Positions 42,753-54,865 of a stretch of 64,000 bases of DNA are shown in pieces. Under the pieces are notes generated by a model. That model ran no database searches and was not told the DNA's origin. It worked only from the letters and a program-made list of their open reading frames with translations. The position numbers and the translations under genes are program-made. Every line of letters starts with the position of its first letter. Within the stretch, counting starts at the first letter, position 1. The stretch covers positions 327,670,001-327,734,000 of the forward strand of contig OZ024742.1 in NCBI GenBank assembly GCA_964016885.1, read 5' to 3'. This DNA comes from Eledone cirrhosa. Its lineage: Eukaryota.

Positions 42753-42818
42753 TATTTTGTCTGATGAAGGCATAGCATATTGTTAATATGATATCCCCGA
42801 AATATATATAATGAAATA
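42753..42818 (+). ncRNA. Type I HHR in the inverted pLTR of PLE copy 2
   Basis: TATTTTGT-CTGATGA-AGGCATAGCATATTGTTAATATGATATCCCC-GAAA-TATATA-TA-ATGAAATA. Confidence 0.85.
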
Positions 42819-42947
42819 AATATGGTTTTATAAATATAGTTTTCCATTTATTTAATATTGTAAATATACTCCAAATATTTGTCGAGTGCTTTTATATCAG
42901 TTATAAATATTTACTAGTTGTAACCCAACAATTTTAAATATAACTTT

Positions 42948-43380
<433 letters not shown>

Positions 43381-43598
43381 ATATATATATATTTTTTTTT
43401 TTTGGAAACTCTGCTTCGTAGAATCGAGACATATCTGAAAATCTTGCGAATTCAGTGTCAGGTTTGATCATTGCATCGATCGTGCCTCGAACTGGTAGCT
43501 GGTCGCCAGAGAAACGATTGTAATATGTCTAATAAATTTTATTCGTCGCACCACTGATTCTCCGTTTCTTATGTGATATATATAGATATATATATATA

Positions 43599-43728
<130 letters not shown>

Positions 43729-44212
43729 GATGAGGTTCTACAGGACTAGAACTGTTTCATTCTTTAGAAATCATATATACATATATGTATATACATATAT
43801 GTATATATATATATATGTATATATATATATAAATGTTTAAATGAAGGCTCGTGGCTGAATGGTAAGAGAATTGATTCGCTATCGTGAGTTTCTTAGTTCG
43901 ATTCCTGGACCGGGTAATGCGGTATGTCCTTGAGTAAGACACTTTATTTCCCGTTGCTCCTTCACCCTGGAGTTGCGACCGATATTGGTATTACCAATTG
44001 GAAAGACCAACGGGAACATTGTTTCCTCGGTCCGATTTGAAGAGAGTCAATCAACTGTCGATACATATATATATATATATATAAGGGATGCCTAATGATT
44101 TCTCCCGAATGAAAGAGTTATAGTGCTGTAGAAGACATTTCTATATTAAATATTTATACTCTGCTATGTATTGAGTACATTACTTACTATGGTTACCCCC
44201 GATTGATCTCGG

Positions 44213-44270
<58 letters not shown>

Positions 44271-44507
44271 TGTGTGTGTGTGTGTGTGTGTGTGAAAAAA
44301 GTAAACGGAAATTAGCAAAGCAAACATTGCAGAAAAATGAATAAATATATATACATGCATACACACATTTTAGATGAGTGTGTGTGTGTTTGTGTTTGTA
44401 AGTGTGCACGTAACCCCAAGATTGATTATCCATTGTCCTGTACCCTATCTTTTATTTCTGTCCCTGTATATATGTCCCTAACCTTCTAGAAATATATATT
44501 ATATCTC

Positions 44508-44563
<56 letters not shown>

Positions 44564-44606
44564 CATACATATATATATATACATATATATATACATGTAT
44601 ATATGT

Positions 44607-44637
<31 letters not shown>

Positions 44638-45310
44638 AACGTAGTTATTGTTATGTATTTGTGTGCATGTGTGAATAATTGAACGTGTATATGTGTATGT
44701 ATGCAATTCTAAGATATTTGTGAATGTATGTGGTAGTGTTAGTGCCTGTGTGGCAGAGGTCGTCTTTCAATTTGACTGAATTTACGACCTTCATGGCTCA
44801 TTAGTCCTTAGTAATGGTTCCAGCTGAAAGCTACAACCACCCATTACCACCACAAGCAACCATTATCAACGCTACCCCTGCCGCAAGCAATGTATGCATT
44901 GTAGCAGATGTACATGCAGATGTCCACCGAAGCCATGAAGATCTACCATATTTTTACCCCCACTCCTACCATCTCACCCATAGCTAAAGTAAACGACAAT
45001 TTTGAAATAATTCATAATTTGCTCTTTAAGGCTATTCCACTTATCAATATTCCCATCGCATTTATTTAGGCAAACACAAATGCAGGGACACCCACATGTG
45101 CACACTCTCGTACGCGTAACGCAACCACAAACACTCACACACACACACACACATATATATATGCACAACCACGTACACTCTTACATACACAAACATATAG
45201 GCACACATGCACAAACACACACATACACGCAACCCCGCACATGCTCATAGACAAATGAAAACCTTCAGAATCATATCTCTTTCACAAATGGATAGGATCC
45301 GCCATATACA

Positions 45311-45368
<58 letters not shown>

Positions 45369-45492
45369 TTAGCTATTTAATCTAGCTGTCGTCTGTTCTA
45401 CAGTGTGGATGTCATTCACTTCGCACAGAAGTTTTGTTCAAATTTATTGAGGAAATTTTGTGAGTTCAAACTTAATTTTGATACAATTGTGT

Positions 45493-45533
45493 AGCTTGAC
45501 CCTCCGTCTGAACTGTCAGGCGGTGGGTCAGCT
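45493..45533 (+). promoter_or_regulatory. GC-rich hairpin in the LINE 5' UTR
   Basis: AGCTTGACCC-T-CCGTCTGA-ACTG-TCAGGCGG-T-GGGTCAGCT. Confidence 0.5.
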
Positions 45534-45608
45534 CATCTTTACCCCTCCTAGAGGTGAAAAACCTGTTTTAAAAAATTTTGTGTAAAAAATTTCAATCGTC
45601 TAACAGAA

Positions 45609-47489
45609 ATGTTAAACGCAGCGAACGAAAATAGTGGTGGGGGGACAGCGGTAAGAGTTGTAAGCTCGCACGCTTTAGTCCTCCCTTCCTTCCCAACTAA
45701 CGTCATAGAGAAGGAAGGAAAAATGAAAATAAAAACGGACGAATCTGCGGAGGAAAAAAAATTAAATGACGAAAACAACGAAAAAAAAAAATTTGAAAAA
45801 TTGCATGACAATACTAATAACACAAACAAAGACACAACAAACAAAAAAATAACAGTTGAAAATAACATAATATCAGAAAACAAAGCAGACGACAAGATTT
45901 CTTTTGCACAGAAAACAAAGAAATCTTTGACTTATATAGCGGAAAACATTTCAGATGTGGTACGAAGGATCACGGACGCAAAACAATACATAAGTGAAGG
46001 TGAGAATGGTATTTTATTGGTAAAAATGCCTCAAGAATTCACGAAAGACATTGAAAGCCGAACGGTCAAGTTTCGGACCATCAACAACAGTACAAAAAAA
46101 CCTGAACAGCCTTCTCAAGCAGATATCAAAACAGTACTCGCAGAAGTACTGAATGAAACAACTTTCATAAGAAAAGACAGACTGTATGGAAGCCTAGCAA
46201 TTATCATGAAGAACGAATCGGCGGCAAAAAAATGTGCTTTGTCACCGATTCGTTCGAAAAATTTCACCTTTTATCCATCTTATATGGGGAAAAAAACTCA
46301 ACGCATATGGCTGGATGCAATGATGCCAGATGTGGACTACTGCTGGCTCATAGCTGGCTTCATCGATCCAGTGAATGACAACGTGATTTCCATTGGGAAA
46401 ACCACAGGCAATGCGTTCAGTGGAACAGGTATAGAGCTGGTAGTACAAATGAAGCCTGAACGCATCGCCCAAATACCCGACAGAATCCTATTAGAGGACC
46501 ACGGGTATATAAACATTAGCGTGGAGGGGAGAAGGCCGTCCTGCCATATCTGTGCAGGCAGAGGGCACCTGAAGGCCGCTTGTCCCCAACTCAACAAAAA
46601 GAAAACCCTGCTACCAACACCAGCTCCACCACCACCACCACAACAGATAAACAAACAACAAAACTCAGTCCCACCCAACCCGTCCCTCAGTAACACCACA
46701 ACACCACCACAACACAAACAGTCACAACACATTACCCCAAAACAAAATACAGGCCCACCCAACCTCTCACTCAATAAAACAACACAACCACCGCAGACAC
46801 AACACACAACACAGTCTAACATAGTGACATCCATCTCCCCCACAAAGAAAACCAACACGGAAACATTACCAGCAAACATACCTCTTCCCTCCAACACTGA
46901 AGATAACCCAACGAATTCGGAGGAAGAAACGGAGTCCTTCAGACAGATTAAAAGGAAAAAAAGAAAACATGTGCAAAACACACAAGGACAAACAACCCCC
47001 ACCCAAATCGCAACACAATCTAACAAAACAGAAAACACCCCTCCAGCAACAAACAAAACCAAACCTGCCCCTCCCCTCTTCGAAACACTCACACCATCGG
47101 AAAAAAAGACATTACACTATACTTACATCAACAGAAACAATAATAAATTAAATGAACTCATATACAATAATCCTTCGGTACAAACCGAAGGTGTAAACTT
47201 TGTTTCATCAGAAAACCACCCACATTTAAAACTAATAAAAATCCCAATGAACCTCTACCAAAAACTAAAAAAGGATTTTAAGGAGGACGTAGGACCACCC
47301 TCTGTCAAACCCATAAACCGCGTCCTACTAAAAAGCTTTCCCCCTCCCCTTCCCCTCCCCAACACAACTCCAAACACCCCAACCCCACCACACACCGACG
47401 ACCCCACACCACCACAAGACACCCCTTCACCCAACACCCCCGACCCCATGGAAGTCGTGCAACCCGAACCCCGGGAAGCGGAAAGGTAG
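45609..47489 (+). CDS. LINE ORF1 (gag-like nucleic-acid-binding protein, one CCHC zinc knuckle), 626 aa
   Basis: CHICAGRGHLKAAC knuckle preceded by a probable RRM-like region; long P/T/Q-rich low-complexity segment. Confidence 0.88.
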   Translation: MLNAANENSGGGTAVRVVSSHALVLPSFPTNVIEKEGKMKIKTDESAEEKKLNDENNEKKKFEKLHDNTNNTNKDTTNKKITVENNIISENKADDKISFAQKTKKSLTYIAENISDVVRRITDAKQYISEGENGILLVKMPQEFTKDIESRTVKFRTINNSTKKPEQPSQADIKTVLAEVLNETTFIRKDRLYGSLAIIMKNESAAKKCALSPIRSKNFTFYPSYMGKKTQRIWLDAMMPDVDYCWLIAGFIDPVNDNVISIGKTTGNAFSGTGIELVVQMKPERIAQIPDRILLEDHGYINISVEGRRPSCHICAGRGHLKAACPQLNKKKTLLPTPAPPPPPQQINKQQNSVPPNPSLSNTTTPPQHKQSQHITPKQNTGPPNLSLNKTTQPPQTQHTTQSNIVTSISPTKKTNTETLPANIPLPSNTEDNPTNSEEETESFRQIKRKKRKHVQNTQGQTTPTQIATQSNKTENTPPATNKTKPAPPLFETLTPSEKKTLHYTYINRNNNKLNELIYNNPSVQTEGVNFVSSENHPHLKLIKIPMNLYQKLKKDFKEDVGPPSVKPINRVLLKSFPPPLPLPNTTPNTPTPPHTDDPTPPQDTPSPNTPDPMEVVQPEPREAER

Positions 47490-47522
47490 GTCTCTACACT
47501 CTCCTTTGGCTCTGCCGCCCAC

Positions 47523-50500
47523 ATGGATGTGTTAAGAGTAGGATGTTTGAATGCACGTGGCCTGGGCTCAACTTGGAAGCAAGCAAAGCTTCTAAATGAC
47601 CTCAGGTCATGTAGTATAAATGTAATGGTTATCTGTGAGACTCGAATCAGCGTCATGCGGCAGCTGGCCCCCACCTTCGATGACTTTGAGGTGCATGCAT
47701 CTCTCTGTCAACCTGGAGGTGGGGGTGGGGTTGTCGTGCTGCTGCAAAAACACCTGGGTCTTGCCGTACAGGTTGTGCACTCGGACCCGGAGGGTCGTTT
47801 GTTGGTGCTAGACGTTGGCAGTAGTGAAAGTGCGGCCTTGAGACTGGTCGCCGTCTACTCCCCTTTCGGAGCTGAACGGCCCGACTTCTTCCAGCGTTTG
47901 GAGACTTTTCTGGGAACGTCGCGTTCCCTGCTTCTAGCGGGGGATTGGAATGACATCCTAGATGCACGTTGGGACTATGCAGGAGCATGTCCTAATAGAG
48001 GGGGGTGTAACAGCCTCAAGGGGTTACTCGACCGTTTTAACTTGGTCGATAGATATCGACTAGATTTTCCAACTGTGCCTACCTGGACTTGGAGAAACCA
48101 CAGTGGTCAATCTAGATCGTACTTAGATAGATTCTTAGTTAGAAGTAAGGATAGGGACATATTAAGCTGTCCAGAAATGCGCACGGTTGGCTACACGGAT
48201 CACAAATTAGTGACCTGCGTGGTCAATCTCGAGAAAACACATAGACAGGGTCCCGGTTACTGGAAACTTAATTTGTCTTTACCGGCAAAAGAGACTTACA
48301 GAAACCGGATTAGCAGATTAGTTAAGGAGAGGTTGACGGGTGCAATCGTCAACAACCGATGGTGGGCATCTCTCAAAAGAGAGATTAGAACAGAATCAAT
48401 AAGTTATAGCAAGATGTTAGCTGCCAATAGGAATAGAAACGAGAAAGAATTAACAGGTAAATTAGAAGAGGCAATCAAGAGCGAAGATGTGGCCAGAGTG
48501 CTGGCATCGAGGACGGCCTTGAACCAGTTTTTCGATGCAAAGCATGAAGGCTGCGTCATTCGAAGTAAAATACGTGCTCTAGGTAATGAGGGGGCCAAAG
48601 CCGTTGGATGGGCCCGCGTGACAGAAGCTAAAAGTGGAAATCGATCCACCATCCGGTCGTTGCAAGACGAAGATGGACGAGTGATCCGGGAGCCTAAGCA
48701 GATGTGCGAGGCCTTTCAAAAGCACTTTGCCCGATTGTTCGGGGGAGGCGAGGGTCCGGGCCGGGGCGTGGATTTCGGTCCATACCTCGACGGCCTGCCG
48801 CGTCTCTCGAACAAAGAGGCAGAGTCCTGCGAGGGACCAATCTCGGCTGATGAGATCGGAGATGCGCTGAGCCAATGCAGCAGACGCAAATCTCCAGGTC
48901 TCGATGGTATACCTTACGAACTTTATTTAGCAATGCCGGTCTTCTTCTCCGAACTCCTCGAAGCGGTCTACTGCAATTGGCAGCAGAACGGGAGAATTCC
49001 TTGTTCTGTAGCCAAGGGCGTAGTCACGCTGGTGAGGAAGGACGAGAACAAGGGGGATAGTATAAATAATTTTCGGCCCATAACCCTGCTAAACACAGAG
49101 TTAAAGATTTTGGCCAAGGTGTTAGCAAAGAGGTTGGCGCTTGTCGTGGGTGGCCTGGTGGGAGATGCGCAGACATGTGCTATCCCATCCAGGTCCATTC
49201 ACGATAACCTCCACCTCATGCGATACATCATAGAGAGGGTTGGCAACAAACCCGGCTTCGGTGGGGCCCTGATCAACTTGGATCAGTCTAAGGCCTTCGA
49301 TAGGGTCGACCATGGTTACCTGGATGCGGTGCTAGCGGCGGCTGGGTTCGGTCCTGTTTTCAGAGGCTGGATCACTGCCCTACATAGCAACCACATCTGT
49401 TCTAGGATCAAGGTGAACGGCTACCTTTCGAAGCCGTTCGAAATCACACGATCCATTCGACAGGGGTGCCCTCTCTCCTCCCTTCTGTACGTATTGACTC
49501 TCGAGCCTTTACTGAGGAAGTTGGAGTTGTTGCAGGGTATCCCCCTGGAACCAGGATTGAGCAAAGCGGTGTCGGCCTACGCCGATGACGTAACAGTAAT
49601 GGTATCAACCGACTCGGAGATCGAGGCGATCGGTACCTTACTGGAGGAGTACGAAAGGTTGTCAGGAGCGAAACTGAACCGGGAAAAATCCATCGGGCTG
49701 CAACTCGGAACGTGGAGAGGCAAACCGATGCCTCCTGACGGTGTCGTCGGACACTGGACGGAGGGCCCGGTAAAGTTGCTTGGGGTCTGGTTTGGACCGG
49801 ACCTCCAGGTGGAAAAGAACTGGAACGAGGTTACGAACAAGGTGTTTGCACTAACCCAGAAATGGGCCAAGTGTAAGCTGTCCCTAAAAGGCCGGGCGGA
49901 GGTGGCGAACATTTACATAGCGTCCGTCACTTACTACCGCCTGACTGTCGTGCCTTGCCCTAAGGAAACACTCACCACCATGGAACGCATGCTCTTCCAA
50001 TTTCTTTGGAAGAAGCGTCCTCCTATGGTGAGAAGATCCATCTGCTGCCAACAACCTTCGAAAGGAGGGCTGGGGATGCCGTGGTTGATGATGCGTAGGC
50101 ACGCATTAAGGCTACGGCACCTACAGGTATTCCTCACTGGTCAACCGGTGTGGGCTCCGTTCGTGAAACGAGCCTTTCCGAGACTCGTCTCACTCACCGA
50201 GCTACAGTCCTGGGTCAAGCAAAGATCCGGAAAACTGGGAGACTGGCACACTGAGTGTGCTCAGGCGCTCAGGGCTCTCTGGCAAGCGGGCCGGGCCATC
50301 GGTGGAGAATCCACCTCATCATTCTATAGAGGGCTGGTGGCTAGCAGGGGCGATGACACCCTTGGAGAGTCGCTGGACATGGAAGAAGACGAACTGGCCA
50401 GCCTGTTCGGTAGGACTTTCGGCCCAGGACCAATGGACAACTTCCAGAAGTCACTGGCCTGGCAGTGCTACCGAGGGGCTCTACCCGTTCGAGAGAGGCT

Positions 50501-50960
50501 CTACAGACACGGGCGCCCGGGCAGGGATCCCTCAAAAAAGATTTGCCCTAGATGCGTGCGTCACGAAGAAACCGTGGCGCACGCATTGGTGCAATGTCCG
50601 GGCGTGGCTGATCTGTGGGGCTACGCCGAACAACTGCTGTCGCGGGTGGCGCCGATTAAATTGACCGCCGAGTCCGTGATGACAATCAAACCGCCTCCCC
50701 TCTTCACAAAGGAAGCAAAGGCGGTTTTTCTGTGCGTAATAGCCATGTTGAAAGAGGTTGTTTGGTGGACACGATTGAAAGGTCTGAGGTCAGGCAACTT
50801 CCTCTCTGGCCATAGTCTGGTCTACTTCTTCCGATATCACTTCGGAAGAAGGATAAGAATGGAGAGAGAGGTGCTTGGCCACAGGCAGTTTTATGAAAGG
50901 TGGGTGATAGTGGCGAGAATGGCTCGTGTAAATGGGCCTTCTCTGTATACCATCCTGTAG
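47523..50960 (+). CDS. LINE ORF2: APE endonuclease, reverse transcriptase and C-terminal Zn motif, 1145 aa
   Basis: LNARGL, ICETR, AGDWN, SYLDRFLV, TDHKLV; KSPGLDG, FRPITLLN, DQSKAFDRV, RQGCPLS, YADD, KLLGV; CPRC..EETVAHALVQC; GPGYWKLN typical of Tx1/L1. Confidence 0.96.
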   Translation: MDVLRVGCLNARGLGSTWKQAKLLNDLRSCSINVMVICETRISVMRQLAPTFDDFEVHASLCQPGGGGGVVVLLQKHLGLAVQVVHSDPEGRLLVLDVGSSESAALRLVAVYSPFGAERPDFFQRLETFLGTSRSLLLAGDWNDILDARWDYAGACPNRGGCNSLKGLLDRFNLVDRYRLDFPTVPTWTWRNHSGQSRSYLDRFLVRSKDRDILSCPEMRTVGYTDHKLVTCVVNLEKTHRQGPGYWKLNLSLPAKETYRNRISRLVKERLTGAIVNNRWWASLKREIRTESISYSKMLAANRNRNEKELTGKLEEAIKSEDVARVLASRTALNQFFDAKHEGCVIRSKIRALGNEGAKAVGWARVTEAKSGNRSTIRSLQDEDGRVIREPKQMCEAFQKHFARLFGGGEGPGRGVDFGPYLDGLPRLSNKEAESCEGPISADEIGDALSQCSRRKSPGLDGIPYELYLAMPVFFSELLEAVYCNWQQNGRIPCSVAKGVVTLVRKDENKGDSINNFRPITLLNTELKILAKVLAKRLALVVGGLVGDAQTCAIPSRSIHDNLHLMRYIIERVGNKPGFGGALINLDQSKAFDRVDHGYLDAVLAAAGFGPVFRGWITALHSNHICSRIKVNGYLSKPFEITRSIRQGCPLSSLLYVLTLEPLLRKLELLQGIPLEPGLSKAVSAYADDVTVMVSTDSEIEAIGTLLEEYERLSGAKLNREKSIGLQLGTWRGKPMPPDGVVGHWTEGPVKLLGVWFGPDLQVEKNWNEVTNKVFALTQKWAKCKLSLKGRAEVANIYIASVTYYRLTVVPCPKETLTTMERMLFQFLWKKRPPMVRRSICCQQPSKGGLGMPWLMMRRHALRLRHLQVFLTGQPVWAPFVKRAFPRLVSLTELQSWVKQRSGKLGDWHTECAQALRALWQAGRAIGGESTSSFYRGLVASRGDDTLGESLDMEEDELASLFGRTFGPGPMDNFQKSLAWQCYRGALPVRERLYRHGRPGRDPSKKICPRCVRHEETVAHALVQCPGVADLWGYAEQLLSRVAPIKLTAESVMTIKPPPLFTKEAKAVFLCVIAMLKEVVWWTRLKGLRSGNFLSGHSLVYFFRYHFGRRIRMEREVLGHRQFYERWVIVARMARVNGPSLYTIL

Positions 50961-51259
50961 GTAAAGAAGTAAAGGAGAGGGGAACACCTTCTCCATGTGC
51001 TCCCCGGGCAAAGGATTGCACACTTTTTCGGGGGTGTGTGCAACCCCCATCACGTCCCCTCCCTTTTGAGGTTATTTTCGATTATTTTCATGTTACACCC
51101 TTTTTACTCGATTATATGTAAACTCCCCCTTTGTATTTGTCCCTTCTTTTTATGCCTTTATGGTAAATAAAGAAATCTATCTATCTATTTAGCTATCTCT
51201 CTATCTTTAACACTCTCTTTCTCTCTCTCTCGTTCACCCTCTCTCTTTCATTCTCTCTC

Positions 51260-51349
<90 letters not shown>

Positions 51350-51367
51350 TATATATATACATATATA

Positions 51368-51463
<96 letters not shown>

Positions 51464-51699
51464 TAGAGTATTAACAATTGGAAAGACCAACGGAAACATT
51501 GTTTCCTCGGTCCGATTTGACGAAAGTCGACCGACTGTCGATTTATATATATATATATAGAGAGAGAATAGAAATGGCTGTGTAGTTGCTATTTAAGGTA
51601 TCTTAAAATGGAGTGGGAATAAGAAGAAAGCAAGAATGGGGGTAGGGGAGTTTTCCTCATCAGTTGTCTACGGGGGGTCTCGGATCTATATATATATGA

Positions 51700-51835
51700 A
51701 AATGTTTAACCCCGTCGAAACGGCTTGAGCTCTGCCGTCGGGGTTAAACATTTTTCTATTACCCACTTCACTACGCTAAGTATTGAGTACTCCTGTGCGT
51801 TATGGTCCATCTGGCTCCTTACCACACTTCCTTCG

Positions 51836-51838
<3 letters not shown>
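51700..51838. mobile_element. Fold-back mini-element (family G) holding the 3' half of an HHR; paralog at 61330-61470
   Basis: CCGTC-GAAA-CGG..CCG-TC-GGGG; inverted arms AAAATGTTTAACCCCG / CGGGGTTAAACATTTT. Confidence 0.55.
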
Positions 51839-51886
<48 letters not shown>

Positions 51887-52200
51887 CCCGAACGTGTGAT
51901 TAATTATAGAGGTAAAATACTATATTGTATAAGGTAGATGGCAAACTCCGTGAAATTCCGAGTACCTATTAAGGTGTACGCCATGTAACATGAGGTTTGA
52001 CTGGTGATGTTCCTTTAAAGTTTTAGTGTTGCAAAACACTACATATATTTCAATGGCCTGGTTACGTAAGATCCTGGTGATATCACGAGGTTCGGATTGC
52101 ATAATTAGTTAATCAATAAAGGAAACACAATCAGAGAAAATATAGAAAACATTTGATTCGGAGATGGTCTGCGAATTAGGTGTTATTGTTGCTGCAGACC

Positions 52201-52236
<36 letters not shown>

Positions 52237-52299
52237 ATAACTGCCAATACTGGAATTGTATAATCAAGACCGTAGCGGTATGTCATATATCAAATCATA

Positions 52300-52346
52300 T
52301 ATTTTATCTGATGAAGACGTACTGAAAAAACAACACAGTACCTTTG

Positions 52347-52357
<11 letters not shown>
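52300..52357 (+). ncRNA. HHR motif whose stem III runs into (TA)n
   Basis: TATTTTAT-CTGATGA-AGACGTACTG..CAGTACCTTT-GAAA-TATATA-TA-(TA)n. Confidence 0.65.
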
Positions 52358-52419
<62 letters not shown>

Positions 52420-52569
52420 TGTTTGCCTTATTGCGTATGTATGTATTTATCTATCTATATATCTATCTGTCTGGCTGTCTAACTGCGTTACTACCAGTCA
52501 GTCTTTCTGTCTGTTTGTCTATCTGTTAACCTGTTCAAGTATATATATATGTATGAAAAATGCCTTTGT

Positions 52570-53600
52570 ACTCCAGGGTCGCCATAACTTTGGAAATAAT
52601 CAAGAATTTTTAGGGATTTATTAAAATGACTAAACACGTTCTTACATAAAAAAAACTATAATGGAAGGTTTTTAGATAAATTTATACACTTTTTGAAATT
52701 AATAGCTTTGCACCGTAGTACAAAAAGCCGTTTCAGGTTATTTGGTCTTAAAAACGGTTATCTTGTGTGGTCTTTAATATATCATATTCAGCTGGGTAGA
52801 ACAAGGATATACCATAACGACTGAAAATGTATATGAACGCATATTAATATCACACAGAGCGGAAAAAATATTGCTAGACATCTATCGATGTGTGTGCAAA
52901 CTGCCTATTTTTCACGGTTAGAAGACGCTATAACTCTCTATAACTTACATACGACTCATAATTTAATATCTTTCATATTTTTTCATCCTTTAATGCCTCC
53001 CCTAGGTTTAGCTTGTCGTTTTGAACGACGAAACGTTTATCGACCGTTCATAGAGGAATTTTTGTTGCTATCAATTTTTCTCCTTTTCCATTTTGTTTGG
53101 AGTCGCTAACATGCCAAGTCTGGGAAACAATATTTTATAATTCTCTTCCGACATATTTTCCTATTTATCCTTTTTTTTTTTAAAATATAAACTAGTCAGG
53201 AAAAGACGGCTATGTTTTTGACATTTGTATGGACTTTTCTAAACTGTGAAATTCATCACCTGATGCTCTGCTAGAACATTTGTTGGATAGTATCTTGAAG
53301 TATAACCAGTGTATAAAGGGTGACGGGTCTACTTCCAGGTATGTGCGCCTGCAGAGATTCGTGAGTGTTGATCATGTATGATCGCACTTTGTCAGGCATT
53401 TCTTCTCACAGCTCATCTCTTTGCGGGAGCAGCGGTCCTGGCTCAAACGAATACCAAGATTGAGCTCCTGCGTTCACAGCTGTTTATCTCTATCAGAGGA
53501 TTTTCAGCTCAGGGTCTTTAGACAAGATCCAGAAATCCGTGCGTTGCAACCAATTTCATTGTTGGTTCAGTATCAACAGGAAATACAGCAAGCCGAGCTT
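52570..53600 (-). mobile_element. Possible decayed Tc1/mariner transposon
   Basis: CAGGGTCGCCATAAC TIR-like start; minus-strand CAGGACCGCTGCTCCCGCA resembles frameshifted QDGAPA codons. Confidence 0.3.
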
Positions 53601-54054
53601 ATCTGAAATGTGCGCAGGGTGACGAAAACTTTCAATATGCAGAATTTCAGTGCACGAACATTATTGATTTTAAAATTCATTTACAGCTGCTTCGTAAGTC
53701 ATGACGGTAGCACTACGACACCGTTAGGAGGTAGGAGCATATAAATGGATGATGAAATGGTTGATAGAACTAGAGAGGGATATTATATACACCAAGGTGG
53801 AGGGGTGCCATGTGTGCGGCCCTAATAACGGGGTTACTCACGAGAATAGAGTTGGAAGACGGTAGTTGTCTTTGGCATTCAAGGTTTCAGGGACCCGTGG
53901 GTTTTCTTTTTAACCTCATATGACTATGCTCTTATTGAAAGGTTTCCCTTTTCTATTAAACTATTGTTTTATGTCTGGTTTCTCAGACTAAGGCTTTTGT
54001 GATTTCCTTTTGTTGTGTCTCCATATTGTCGCCATTGATGCTAATAAAATATAA

Positions 54055-54541
54055 TATTATTACTGTCATTATTATTGTCATCATCATCATCACCATCATC
54101 ATCACTAACATCATCATCATCATCATCACTAACATCATCATCATCATCATCATCATCATCGTCGTCGTCGTCATCATTATCGTCATTACCGTCGTCGTCA
54201 TTATTATTATTATCACTATTATTGTTGTTGTTGTTATTGCTGTTGGTGGTGTTTTTGTTGTTGTTTAAAAGTAAAATGAAGTATGGCGGCGAGATACAGT
54301 ACACTGACAGTTATCGGAATAGCAGCGAAATATATAAAGGGAAAACAATGCTAACAACCTTCAGCCATAGTCCTCCTCCTCCTCCTCCTCCTCCTCCTCC
54401 TCCTCCTCCTCCTCCTCGTCGTCGTCGTCGTCGTCGTCATCATCATCATCATCATCGTCATCAGCATCGTCATCATCATCATCGTCGTCGTCGTCATCGT
54501 CACCATCATCATCCTCATCATCATCGTCGTCATCGTCATCG

Positions 54542-54583
<42 letters not shown>

Positions 54584-54652
54584 CCACCATCATCGTCATC
54601 ATCGTCGTCATCATCGTCGTCATCATCATCATCATCATCATCATCAGCATCG

Positions 54653-54726
<74 letters not shown>

Positions 54727-54727
54727 G

Positions 54728-54801
<74 letters not shown>

Positions 54802-54802
54802 G

Positions 54803-54865
<63 letters not shown>

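Larger units (their letters stand above)
45377..51174 (+). mobile_element. Full-length intact Tx1/L1-superfamily non-LTR retrotransposon
   Basis: Two intact ORFs; 22-bp direct repeat ATCTATCTATCTATTTAGCTAT at 45355-45376 and 51175-51196; AATAAA just before the 3' end. Confidence 0.93.

Noticed and set aside
45548-51121. Antisense and overlapping ORFs inside the LINE (e.g. 46337-47092 -)
   Set aside because: Shadow frames of compositionally biased coding sequence.
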